From Amoebidium appalachense (Eukaryota > Protista > Ichthyosporea), in assembly GCA_963693365.1 (NCBI GenBank), contig CAVNZM010000008.1, positions 6,458,830 to 6,522,829 on the forward strand: DNA of 64,000 bases, given 5' to 3'. A program made the translations under genes and the position numbers. Below the pieces are notes generated by a model. That model did not search any database. It was given only the letters and a program-made list of their open reading frames with translations, and was not told where the DNA came from. Below are positions 37,653 to 50,677 of this stretch, piece after piece (the first letter of the stretch is position 1; each line of letters begins with the position of its first letter).

Positions 37653-38953
37653 CTAGTTTGCGCGTGCAGTGGCCAGGAGTATCTCCCGAAAGAGCTTGGG
37701 GTGGGCACGAGGAACTCTCAGAAACTCATCGCACTCCTCCAGCTCATACAGCCGCTGCGCCAGGTGCCGCACCCACGCCCTCCTGTAGTCCAGCCCGCAC
37801 CTACTTTCCTTATATGGCAAGTTCTCGAGCAGGCAAAGCGCTGCGAGGATAAGGTCAGGGCTCTGCAGGCGCTCCTTCAGCAGGAAGAAACAGCGGTCAA
37901 TGAATTGGCTGGCGCCCAGGCGGTCTGCACTTGAAACAGGTCGGGGATGGGCAGGGTGGCGCCGGCCTCAAACAGCCCCGTGTAGACATAGCGAAGCACC
38001 AGCGCAAACGATTTCTCGTCCACGTTCTCAAGCTCAAACACAAGCGGCACCGGGGATACGGAAACATGCCTGTGTTTCTGCTGCTCTGGGGCTGCTGAGA
38101 CGAACTTCTCCTGGAAGTAAGGCAGTCTGGAAAGCACAATCTTGTGACCCGGAAACACCCGTGCACCGACCTTCACAGTTACGTCTGACAGGTTGCCGGT
38201 TTCGAGTATCTCATGGAAGAATGGATGGAAGCCACCGTCAACACACGGGGGGTCTGGCTTGGGCACTGGGTTTACGAAGATGGGAAGTTTGGGGGCCACA
38301 GTGCTGTAGGAGAGGGTTTCCCCCATCTTCTGGAAAACGACGATGTCCCCCGTGCAGAACCCAACCTCCTCAAACGTCTGCCTGTCTCTCCTCAACACGT
38401 GCGTGAACTCATCCCCGTTAGGTTTCATTTGATGTCTTCGTAGAGATCGAAGGGCAACATACCAGGAAGTCCCGCCATGGTTCGCAGCTTGGGAAGAATG
38501 TTGAAGACAGGGTCTCGAGCATCTACAATCAGCGAGCCAACATAGCGCAAGCGCAAGTCCTCTACGAGATCAGGGTCATAGTATTTAAAGAATAGAAGAC
38601 ACGTGTTGGGGTCACTGAGATGCGTTCGCCTGCCCTCTTCTCTCGCACTAACACGGTCTGTATGCTGCTGCTGCTGTAGGCGACGGGTCGGTTTGCCTGA
38701 ATAAGGATGTGCGGGCGCTCCATGGCGTTGCTTCGCTGCACGACAGAAGAAGGTCGAATTTTGCTTTCTTGGTGCTGTCTTTTACTGCAGTAAGGAGCTC
38801 CGAGGCGATGGGCAGCCTAACGGGTGTTTGTGAAAGACAAGGAAGATAGCGATCGAGAGAGGGGAGGGAGTTGAAGTGAACGAGTCCCCTGCCATTGTGC
38901 TGGGTTATGTCGGCCTCGGTCGCGAGGCGCAATGAAAGTTTGACAACCGCCAT
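37653..38953 (-). pseudogene. Intronless fusion of USP7 UBL1-2 (ICP0-binding) domain, BTB/POZ and SPOP/BACK-like tail, with at least 4 frameshifts
   Basis: LRLATEADITQHNGRGLVHF, IRPSSVVQRSNAMERP, LLFFKYYDP..LRYVGSL..AGLP..LYEDIK and TFEEVGFCTGDIVVFQK match USP7 UBL1-2. SDVTVKVGARVFPGHKIVLSR..FALVLRYVYTG is BTB. ADRLG..HPKLFREILLA* is the tail. The pieces lie in different frames. Confidence 0.75.
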
Positions 38954-39430
38954 AACGAGATTAGTTTTTACGTGGTGACAGAGATTTACAAGGACGCAAG
39001 TCCAGTTTCAACACTGAGATGTTCTGAGATGTGCACCAGGTAAAGGAACTGTGCAGTTCTGCATGCGCATCACCCTGCATGGAAGTACGAACCGTTAAGC
39101 TGTGCTGATGTTTAAGCGGAAAATAGCAGTTTGCTCGTTTTTTACCGTTTGGTTCAGAGCTCCTGGCGCGCCGTCAGTTCTGGCGCTTGCACGCATACAT
39201 GCTTCGAAAAAGTGAAGGGCGATGTCTCCTGAGAAGGCAATGAGCATTGAGTTGTGCTTGCGTTATTAGGAACCACCTGTGATGTGACAGGTGCACTTGC
39301 GCAAAAAAATATGTGCCCCGTTCCGTGAAACCAACAGTAATAATCGATAGCTATACCTCAATTCGAGCGAAAAAGCGGCCAACTTTTTTCAGAGCAGTCG
39401 CGAACAGCCTGATAGTCGAACTCCGCCGTC
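38954..39430. promoter_or_regulatory. Probable bidirectional promoter between the BTB fusion gene and EF-Tu
   Basis: About 480 bp, microsatellite-free, between two divergent start codons. Positional inference only. Confidence 0.4.
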
Positions 39431-41123
39431 ATGAGGTGAGCCTTGCTTGGTTTTGCGCAAAAGTGAGCCTGGCTCATAGATTCCTTTGAGCCAATAGCAA
39501 GCGGGAAGGAGTAGCAGCCGTTATAAATACGTGATATTCCCTTTATGTTAGTGGTTCAGAATTTGTAGCTAATCGTAAGGCCTGAGTTTTGACCGCCTAA
39601 AGGGGGGTAAAAGAGCGTGAAGAACGCGGCCCGAAAAGAAGCACTTCATGAAGTTCTGGCATAACGAAAATAATTTATCTGGTTTCAGTGCATTCAGTTT
39701 ATAAATAATTCTATATGAGTTGAAGAATACAGTTTCTTGTTGGCCAAACATTTGGAGCTATTTTATTGCTACCTGTTCAACTGCCGCACGGAAACTATAG
39801 TAGGGAATGGATGAAGAGCCAAGGAAACCAAGCTTTTGCATCGCTTTTCAAATTCCAGCAACATTTCGCCGGACGAGCACGCCTTCAAAAAATGAAATGC
39901 ACACCCGCCGGCACGTGGAAGCCAGACCCTGTAACAGGTGCGTGGGTGAACACTTGGTGTGTCTGTGTGCGTGCGTGAGTGCATGCGTGTGTGCATGTGT
40001 ATGTTTGCGAGTCCGTGCATGTTGTGTATTCTCGTGGCTTGCACACTCTCCTTTTTGCATTGTACGTTTCTGAAGTTGTTATAGGATTTTCCCCGCTTAT
40101 TGAACACCACAGCTATGAAGATACTCGGCTCTCTCCCTTTCTTTTTTTGTCTCAGCAGCCCAACATGGTCTTTAGATTGCCTCTCTACCCGCCAGTTTTT
40201 CTATTTGGTTATAAAAATTAAGTTGCTGTTTGCCTCCCCTCGCCCTCAGCAACTCACTCTCACATCCCTGCAGTCGGCTGGTGCTTGGGGACCTCAACAT
40301 GTTGGCAGTACGCCCCCTTTCTCGCGTGTTCTCGGCCGTGTGCCAGAATGCTGCTGGTATGTTGAGATATTGCTGAGCTCGTTTAGGGGGAGCGGAAGGG
40401 CGGGAGTGGGTGAAGGGGGGGAGGGGGGAGGGGGGAGGGGGGAGGGGACGTAAGCGGTTGTCTACGAGGACGGCTTGGTGACTGATGTCTCTCCCGTCCC
40501 TCTTTGGGGCGGGGGGGGGAGGGGGGGGGGGGCGGCCGGGAGGCTGGTTGAAGGAAGGGCAGATCGGGTTGTGGGAGTGATGGAGAGCAAACCTAGCTTT
40601 TATGGCAAGTTAAAAGCCACTTTTATGCTTCCCCAGGAGTCTCTTAAGTGAGACATACTAGCGTGTTTCAAGCAACGTAGTAACGTGTTTCAAGCAACGG
40701 TGTTCAAGAGGCTTGGAGTGAGTTATCACAAATGGGGCAGGTATAAAACGAAAGCAAGGTACTCTCGGGGAGCACGAAGGGTAAAGGGAGTCAAAGCGAC
40801 TTGTCCCTGGTTGTCGTTTGCTAACCACTCTGCCCTCCCCCCCACCCCCCCACACCCTCACTCTCCCCCTTTCCCTCTCCCCCTCTCTCTGCACCTCATC
40901 CCCACCCTTTCACATGGCCCCCTAATTCAATGCACACATCTCCAACCTTATCCACCCCACCCGTCCTTTGCTCCGACACACCCATCACCCATCAACAGGC
41001 GCTGTGACGGCTTCTGCCCGGTCACAGATTGCCAAGGCGGCCACTGAGTCCCCCTTGGTGAGTGTCTCCCCCCGCCCCCCATGCTTCTCATCGTGTATGC
41101 GTACTTCGTACCGTGTTCCGCAT

Positions 41124-41158
<35 letters not shown>

Positions 41159-43985
41159 ACTTCCCTACCCTCATATGGCCCTCAATAGTTTTCCCCTCAA
41201 CCCCTCCCTCCCTCCCCCCCAAACACCACCCAAAAAAGGAAAGGCACTTGGTCACGCTTTTGCCTTATGTTATGTACTCTATCCCCCCGCCCTTTCTCCC
41301 TTCCGTAACTATTCTCGGCCCACCCCTCTCCTCCTTTTGTTCTTAATTCCTCTCTATTGGTGAGACAAGGTCCATACAGTAGTGATGATGATAGTTGTTT
41401 TACGTTCAGGCCTGCCTGGCTGTATTGCAGGCCTGCTTGGCTGTATAGATAACGTTTGTTTTGGACTCTATTGGTGTAATTAAGTAGACCTGTTGCCTGG
41501 AAGGTTGTTTGTGCTCCTTCCCTCCATTATGCAGTTGTAAGTGGGTGCGTGGTTTCGAGTCAGCATTGTATGGTTTCTTGGATGAGGTCTTAGTGCTGCT
41601 GTTGTGGTGGTTGTTCTTACTGTTACTGCTATTCGTAGTGGTTTCATGGGGAACTTCGATCACATTATCTGTAGCCGTATGTGTGTATGTGTTTTATATC
41701 GCGAGATGTCGAGGTCCCCTGGGGGGGGTGGGGGGGGGGGGAGAGGCAGGAAGTAGGGAGGATGCTTGATTGATGCGAATATGTAGCGGCTTGAGATACT
41801 AAAAGGCACGGGGGGTTAGAGGTTATGGGATGGAGGGGGGGGGGGGGAGAGAGAGAGAGAGAGAAGAGAGAGAGCTTGGCAACAGGGAGTAGGGCAAGAA
41901 GGTTTGGGGCCTGGTGGTGGTTGGGGAAGAGGGGGAGGAGGGGAGAGGTTGAAGTCCAGGGTGTATGTGGGAAGATGAAGCCTTTTTGTTTCATGGTCTG
42001 ACTCAAGTTTTCCATTTCAGGCCAACCGCATTGCTGCTGCCACTCTTCTTGGTGGTGAGTACCCCCCCCCCCTCCCGCCCACCCCCGGCTGCCGCCGCCT
42101 ACCTTTACATAATAGATTCACAAAGTTTTCATGCTGTGTATGCACAGAGAGGGGGAAGAAAGGGGGGGGGGGGGGGGAGAGGGGGGATGGAGGGAAGTGA
42201 TGAAACACGCAGTGAATGGTAGGCATTGAAGTCTGTTTAGGCATTTTGCAGCGGCACGACGGTATGTTGATGTCAACATAATGTCGGAAAGCTTGCCATT
42301 GTCTACGTTGCCTTTTATGCCACGGCCGATGATGTTACCGAGCACAATGAGTGGCAACTGAGTTTGCCTGTATGCCTTTTTGGACTTCTCCACACAAAGG
42401 TGTGCCAAGGAGAAATGGAGTCTTAGTCGTTAGTGTTGAGATAGCAACTTGAGCATACCTGCTATCCACCTAATGTTAGCACCAATATTCTTACCGTGTG
42501 GATTGGACCATACACCTGCATGATATTAGTTTTAACGCATATTTGCCACAGGTGTGCGTAGCTATGCGGAGTTCAAGCGCAGCAAGCCGCACTGCAACAT
42601 CGGCACCATCGGCCACGTCGATCACGGCAAGACCACCCTGACTGCCGCCATCACAAAGGGTGTGTCCACCCCCCCCCCCCCCCCCCCCCTGGGCCCTCCT
42701 TTCCTCCACCACCCACCCGCTCTACTTCCATAGTGCCCTTGCATGGGCTCTGCTTCTGTGTAAAGTGTCGCCCCGATGCTGCAGCTCAGTCTTGACATCG
42801 GCTAGTCGTAACATAAAAGGACCTGACAAAGTTATGTGATTGGGCCGTGCTAGCAAAACATGGAAACTAATATGTGTGTTATTGGATATTGCTTGCTTGA
42901 CAACCATACACCTAACTGCTGACTCTGATTGGACCATCCCTAGCAACCAATAAAACTAACTGGGCCATCTGGTTGGTCAGTGCTCTCCAGCAAGGGCGGT
43001 GCCGAGTTCATGGACTACAGCCAGATCGACAAGGCGCCCGAGGAGAAGGCCCGTGGTATCACCATTGCCACGGCACACGTGGAGTACGAGACGGACAAGA
43101 GGCACTATGCCCACGTCGACTGCCCGGGCCACGGTGAGTAAACGTGCTGATGGGCATATGTGTGCGTGCTGTATGCGCTTTAGGCCTTGTGATCGGTTTT
43201 TTCGGTGTAATGCAATTTGGCCTGAAACTGATGTGTGTGTCCGTACCAACAAGCCTTGCATATGCAAGATCCCCCCCCCCCCCCCCCCCCTTTCCCCTTT
43301 CCTCCCCTCCCTCCCACCTTGCTTACCCACCCAACGGACTGCATTTATAGAGCATTTACTGCAAGGAGCTTCGGGCACCGAAAAAAGTCTACTGACTTTT
43401 ATGTTGATTTGCAAATGCGAATATGTTTGGGTGGATGGGTGGGCGGGTGTGCATGAGGGTGGGAGGAGGGGGGGGTGGAGGGGAGGAGTTGCGATAATGG
43501 GGAGGCGGTGGTGGGGGGAAGGAAGGTCGGTGCATAGCCCATGGAGGGTAGCAGGGGGGTTGGCTCAGGGGGTCAGTGCATCGGACATGTGGTTGATAAA
43601 TGCTAGTTGCAGCTATGGTTCGATTGGGCACACATGATCTGACCATAAGTTTTGTGTTGTGTCTGCAGCCGATTACATCAAGAACATGATTACGGGTGCC
43701 GCACAGATGGACGGTGCAATCCTGGTCGTGGCCGGTACTGACGGTCAGATGCCCCAGACACGTGAGCACTTGCTGCTCTCCAAGCAGGTACACACACTCA
43801 TGCTCATGCTCATGCTCAAATACATTGCCTTTCCGAAGTATAAGGTCCAGGTTGGTCAAATTAGAGAATGTCTTAAATTTATGCGCTGAGTGAGATTTTG
43901 CAAGAACCGTATGATGGCCAACACTCACAGACACATGAACGTGTCACTGAGTGAACTCTATGTGCGCGCGCACACACACACACAC

Positions 43986-44019
<34 letters not shown>

Positions 44020-44703
44020 CGCAGCAATCGCTATACATGGAGGTAGGACCAGAGGTAGGCAAAGTCTTCAATATCGTCTGGCATCCATATGTCGTATCAC
44101 TGACGTCAAAATTACTTCACGTAACGAAATGCTGACGTAGACGCCGATTCAAAAGCTCACACACAGACGCCCGTACACATACACCCCCCCCCCCCCCCCC
44201 CCCCCCCCCTTTACTTCCATGCAACCGGGCATGGTTGCTCTGTGTCGTGCATCTGCAAGCACATACACATTTTCCGCTGCACTGCATTAGTTTGCAGACA
44301 CATATTCACCGTTTTGCTCACCTTGCTTGCATAAGCAACCCTTTTCGTCTTTGATCAAGACGGGTTGACCCTCCCAAGTTCAGTTGATGCTGCTGTCTGA
44401 GTTGGTGAGTCGTATATGTGCGGGCTAAGGGGTCGAAACTCAGACGCAATTGATGACTTGGGCCCTTTCTGAGGATGGGCACTGCTTATGACGCATACTG
44501 TGCGCATGGCTGATGTTGCATACTTGAATGTTTGCCTTTGCATGTGTCCTTCGTGTATGCGTACTTCGTACCGTGTTCCGCATTCAAACCCCCCCCCCCC
44601 CCCCCCCCCCGCCCTTGAGGATTAGCCTTGTTCATAATACATACTCGCTATTCTTGCTTGCTATCTGCATTGTGTGTTCCATAATGTGTAATGTGTTCTA
44701 ATC

Positions 44704-44738
<35 letters not shown>

Positions 44739-46266
44739 CCACCACCACCACCCCGCCTCCCCCCACCCCATTCACACACACACACACACACACACGTACA
44801 GGTGGGAGTGAACCACCTCGTGGTGTTCATCAACAAAGCGGACATGGTTGACGACACAGAGATGCTCGACCTCGTGGAGATGGAGATGAGGGAGGTGCTG
44901 ACCGAGTACGGCTACGACGGAGAGAACACCCCCATCATCCGCGTACGATTAACTACCCCCCCCCCCCTTGCGAGGCCCTCCCTGCCTCCCTCCCTCCCCC
45001 TGCTGCATGTCTTTGCTTCCATATTTGCCATCCTGATGGACATACACACACACACACACTGAACTACCAAGCCCCCCCCCCCCCCCTTTCTGTCGGCTAA
45101 AACATACACAAGGCATGCAAGCACACACTTCTTCACACCCCCATGGAAGTGTGTGTTGTTTTTGTTGTTGTTGTAGGCAGAGTGGGGATTAGGAGAGGGA
45201 GGGGTGTGTGTTGGGGGGGGGGGGGGGGGGGGGGGGGGCGCTGAGAAGAACACGGGGGTTCACTCTGCGTGGATTATATTTTCAGGAGAGATAAGAGGGA
45301 GGGAGATGAGCGAGAGTACTATCGGGATGTTTTCGGGTGGGCAGAGCGGGTGGGGAGGGGATGCCTGTGTATGTGTCTTCGTGTGGAAGAGGTGGATCAT
45401 TGTGTTGGGGTTTTTACATCTGTGTGGTGGTTTGGACGGGAGGAGGAGGTGGGGGGAGGGGGGAAGGCTTTTTTTCTTATAGGGGACGTGAAGAGAGAAT
45501 AAAAGCTCTGTAGGCCCTTTTTGTGTCGAAACTGACCTCTGATCCTTCTTCCACGTCTCGACACTGCATTTTCCACAACCACGGCACCATGTTTAAACAC
45601 ACATGTACGCAAGCAAACCGTGCACAACAACCCTAATCTGGACCGACGTTCACAACACACATACACATGTGCGCGCACACGTACACATGCACACAGGCGT
45701 GTCAACCTTTTTGTAAGCTATGTAGTGGCCTTTGCATTACTTGACGCGCAAACACACAACACTCTCTTACACACGCGCGTACACGTACAGGGCTCTGCAC
45801 TGTGCGCACTGAACGGCACCAACCCCGAGGTGGGTGAGAAGAGCATCATGCAGCTGATGGACGCCGTCGATGCCCACATCCCCCAGCCCGCACGTGAGCT
45901 CGACAAACCCTTCCTGATGAGCGTCGAGGTAAACACCCCCGTCTCTCCGCAAAACAAAGCCCCCCTCAAGTTCTATGGGCTTTGCTTGTGGTGAATACTT
46001 TGTGTGTATCCCTGGTTTACATGTTTTCAAGATGTGTACCTTTCGAATCTGTAATTCACACTGACTTCATACTAGGCTTTATACTGGTTATTGCACTCGT
46101 GCGCCTGCACACTTGTGTGCGTTGACAGGCACACCGTACCCCTCGACCCGCACGGATACGCTTGCACACATGCACACACAACCCACGCACACAAATCTCC
46201 ACACCATGCCTACCTTTTGCGAATGTCAACTTCATTCTGCCCACAACACCTGCATACACTTCTCTA

Positions 46267-46303
<37 letters not shown>

Positions 46304-48147
46304 CCCCCCCCCCCCCCCCCCCCCTCCCTTCCCTTCCCTTCCCCTCCTCTCCTCTCCTCTCCTCTCCCTCAGGCTCTCACTGCGTTTTTGCGAGTGATAC
46401 GAACCTTTTAACACGGTTTGATGAAGTGTGTTCCCTTGCATGATGTCTTGTCCCTCTCAAACATGCTCTAACACGATTTGTTTCAATACACAGGACGTGT
46501 TCAGCATCCCGGGCCGTGGTACCGTGCTTACCGGGCGCATTGAGCGTGGTGTGGTGACCAAGGGTGAGGAGGTTGAACTGCTGGGCTACGGCTCAAACAC
46601 TAAGACCATTGTTACTGGCTTGGAGATGTTCCACAAGGTATGTGTGCACACACACATGCATGCACACATGCATACATACACACGTGCTCCACAGGTACAC
46701 GCTCACACACACACGTGCTCCACATGCTATTGTGCGCTGAAACACGTACGCATTTCAACTTCCGTACACACGCTCACACACACACACACGCTCACACACA
46801 CACACACACGTGTTCTGCATGCGAATGGGCATGTATTGCACGTGCACATTGCAGCATCTCTTGCACACTACCACTAGTAAAGTACTACGTGCACACAGTA
46901 ACACGTTCATGAGAGGTGACCACGCCTCAACCAATGCCCCAAATTAACTAGTCACTACTAGCTACACAAATGCCGTGAATTCGGTTTTGTTAAAGAGAGA
47001 GAAATTGCCTTGGCAGCCAATCTGAAATATCAATCATTGCTTATTCAACGCGGTCGTGTTGATTTAGTATCGAAATATGCCGTCCAGTTGTCTGGTATAG
47101 TGAGGAGAGAATAGTGTACGGCTTTGGGTGTAACACAAGGAATGGCGGTGTTGATTATTTTTTATTAATATTATTGATATTATTATTTTGGGGGGGGGGG
47201 GGGGGGGGTCGGTTGCCCCATAGCATAGAAAACTCCTAACACACCCTTCTTCCTTCTCTCTTCCTCTCTCTAACTCATTCGCCACACCTGAACTCTCCCC
47301 TTCACACGTCCACATACCCCACTATTCCCCATGCTCTCGCATGCACACATACGTCCCCTTACACACGAACACATACACGTACACACAGTCCCTTGACCGC
47401 GGTGAGGCCGGTGACAACCTCGGGGCCCTTCTGCGCGGCATTAAGCGTGAGGATGTCCGCCGCGGCATGGTTGTATGCGCGCCAGGCACGATCAAGACGC
47501 ACAAGAAGTTCGAGGCGGAGATGTACATCCTGAGCAAGGAGGAGGGCGGCAGGCACACGCCGTTCGTCAACAACTACCGGCCGCAGATGTACCTGCGCAC
47601 GGCCGACATCACATGCATCATCAACCTGCCCGAGGGCAAGGAGATGGTCATGCCCGGAGAGAACGCCACCCTTGTAAGTGCTCCTGCTATCCCCCCCCTC
47701 CCCCCGGGAAAGGAATAGAAAAGACCACCTCCACCAGTCTGTCACACACACACACACACATGTGTGTGTGTGTGGCATACACTTGCCTTGCTCAGCACGG
47801 CATGCACCTCTACACAAAAAGAAACGGAGGGATAAAATCATACAGGCAACAACCCTCCCCCCCCTCCCCCCCCTCCCCCTCTGCCGCCATTGCACGCAAC
47901 CTTCAACACCAGTAACTTGCACCCTGCACTGCAAAAACTCGATAAATGGGAATGTTTAGATTCTGACTGGCTCATCCCCTTCAACCTTTTCGCCGTCAAA
48001 CACACACACACATGCACACACACACACACACACACACAGAGCATGGAGCTCTTCAAGGAGGTGCCCCTCGAGGTGGGCATGCGCTTCACCGTCCGGGAGG
48101 GCAACAAGACGGTGGGCACCGGTGTCGTCACAAAGGTCATTGAGTAG
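39431..48147 (+). CDS. TUFM: Mitochondrial translation elongation factor Tu, 12 exons, 458 aa
   Basis: Exons 39431-39435, 40274-40356, 40999-41057, 42021-42054, 42552-42659, 42981-43133, 43669-43787, 44802-44942, 45791-45928, 46494-46637, 47389-47673, 48040-48147 (1377 nt, in phase). [53 protein letters not shown]. Arg/Ala/Ser-rich presequence ending VRSY-A. The first exon is less certain. Confidence 0.95.
41079..41156 (+). mobile_element. Short 3' fragment of the structured intronic repeat family
   Basis: CCATGCTTCTCATCGTGTATGCGTACTTCGTACCGTGTTCCGCATT matches the tail of the 25768 copy, then AA and poly-C. Confidence 0.75.
44329..44610 (+). ncRNA. Structured RNA element, long copy 2, in EF-Tu intron 7
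   Basis: Same fold as 32795 with compensatory substitutions. Tail ends GCATTCAAA then poly-C. Confidence 0.7.
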
Positions 48148-48547
48148 ATTTTTATCCCCCGTGACGTGATTGGCTGCCAGGAGCCACGTGGTTTTAACGT
48201 AAGCATGCCATGGGCTTCTAGTCACACATTCCTGCGAATGTCCAATGTAAAGCTAAGTGATTGATTGTATATGGGCCAGACCGACGTTTAAATGCTTTGT
48301 TTTGATTGGGTGGGGCTGGCTGTGCCGCCTGCCGGTTGGTTGGTTTGGTCCGTATGTCTGCTATAATTGGCTATTATCCGGCCAATAAAACACACCTTCT
48401 GTGAGGCTGCGCAGTATACCGATAACTGTGCTCCAAAAGTCTCCCTCGTTCAATCCTTTTTTCCAATTTTCTCTCTTCCTCTCTCTCTGGCTCTCTCTTC
48501 TCTCTCTCTCTCTCTCTCTCTCACTCTCACTCTCTGTCTCCCCCCCC

Positions 48548-48595
<48 letters not shown>

Positions 48596-48982
48596 TTCTC
48601 GATCTCTCTCTCACACTTGTCTATAAGAGCTTAAAGCTGTCTGTCTGCACAGCTGTCTCTCAAAATTTGCAACAAGGCAGTCTATCATACTAGCACACAT
48701 TCATGTCCCCGGCAGCCACTTGTCCGGCCGTCTGCACCCCTTTCGAATTCAGCAATCAACAACTCATGTGCACAGAGTCACATGGGGGGGTTTACGCTGT
48801 TTACTCGAGGCAAAGAGAACCAGTCTCAGGTATGGGGGGGGGGGGGTTTGCTCGGAATATCCCCTCAGCGGTATATCATGATCACGTACATAGATGTCGG
48901 GTGGTGACCATATATCAGGGTTTACTTTCTCTACGAGACACCATAAAGACTACAAGGAGAAATCAATTAGTTGGGGTTCCCC

Positions 48983-49022
<40 letters not shown>

Positions 49023-49054
49023 GGGCTCCCCTTGGGACACTCGGTATCAGCTGG

Positions 49055-49091
<37 letters not shown>

Positions 49092-49111
49092 TGTGTGTGC
49101 GCGCGCGTGCG

Positions 49112-50677
49112 CTATAATTTTGTAGTGATGTGTTTCTCAAGCCAATCAATACATCTAATAAACAGGTCGTAGTTACGCGTGTTTAGTATAAAATCAAGGA
49201 TGTTGTAATTTACAGGTAGGCTATCTTTCTGGGTGTCTGTTGTGAATGTGACGTGTGTGTGTTGCGGTATTATGTGGTCTATCAAACTACATTTGGCGAT
49301 ACATGACCGGTTAAACTGGTGTGTGTGTGTGTTGTTTGGGCATGCAAATGATGCCACCTTATACTTATTAGATCTCCACTGTATAGCACGTGTACAGTAA
49401 AAGCGTGGTAATTGGTCAATAATACCATCAGCTAGAGAAAGACCAGTTCTACAGGAAGGTAATATGTATTTAGGTGTTATACATTTGCGAGTGCCATATT
49501 TGGCAATATGGTTGAGGCGGTCAGTATATATAAAACGAGACATAAGGCTTAGTTTTTCAAGGTGTATGCTTTCATCGGGTCTAGTGTCGTGTGGTATCTT
49601 TTTCCATTTGTTATATTGCGTGATTATCTTGTGATTGTGTACATGTTTAATAAGTAAGTGGCAGTCCAAAGTCACACACACACTATTGCGGGGTTTATTT
49701 GTATTTGTGCCCAGGGGAGAAGGGGAGAGAGAGGGGAGGAAAGAGGGGAGAGGTGAGCAGGGGACAGGTCGGATAGAGAAGAGAGGGTGGGAGGGCAAAT
49801 ACTTCTTTAAGCGGCTTATGTGCTTATTGAATTTCAGCGCGAGATAGGATACTCTAGCAGCTATTGGGACCAGACCATATATCGAGAGCGTTACAGGCCC
49901 AGGTTTACAACAGTTGTTAGATAGAAAGGAGGCAACTTCTGCTTCAAGGAAATTTGCCAAGGGTTTAAGCGCTCTAGTTCTCTCTTTCTTGATCCAAGCG
50001 GCGAGAAGGGGTAAACCATATTCACATGCCGGGAAGACAAAAGTGCGAATAAATGTAAGTCTAATAGAAGGATGGAGGGGTGTGTCTTTAAAAATGTTAG
50101 CCGAGAAGAAAGCTAACCGCTTACGAGCCAACTCTACCCTCTTTTCGACCATATGGGGAAACATAACACCAACAGAATCAACCGGAACACCAAGATATTT
50201 GTATTCTGGAACTATAGGTACAGGTTTAGATGATAATGTAAATGTGTGTAAATTGTTAGCTATATCAGGTACAAGGACACCACATTTGTCTATGTTAAGG
50301 ATCATAAGGTTTGCCTTGCACCACTCTGACACTACATCGAACAATCTTTGCAGGCGTCTAGGGGTACGGGCAAGGAGGGACAGATCATCAGCATAGAGAA
50401 GTGCAGGCGGAAAGCTATTAATAGGGTCATCGTTTTCGGCGTAAATCTTGACAGCCAAATCATCTATAAATAGGTTAAACAAAAAGGGGCTAAGCAATGA
50501 ACCCTGCAAGAGACCTCTAGTACGAGCAAAACCATATGAAAGATGCCCATTAACCACAGCTCTACCATAGGTTTGAGACAAGAGTGCTTCTAACAGAACA
50601 CCAATGCAGTGTGGTACACCCCGTGCAGCAAGCTTTTCCCATAGGAGACCAGGGGAGACAGAATCGTAAGCAGTTTT
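49112..50677 (-). mobile_element. Non-LTR RT element B, 3' part with an open frame (RT core, thumb, Cys/His-rich C-terminus)
   Basis: KTAYDSV..LWEKL, RGLLQGSLLSPFLFNLFIDDL, LLYADD, YKYLGV, PACEYGL, WRSN..CPNN..FNRSCIAKC. The stop codon abuts a (CA)n tract. Confidence 0.92.

Noticed and set aside
44365-44440. HDV-like ribozyme (GGCUAA before a pseudoknot strand)
   Set aside because: No P3/L3 in the required position, P1 connectivity is wrong, and the would-be catalytic C is not conserved in copy 1.
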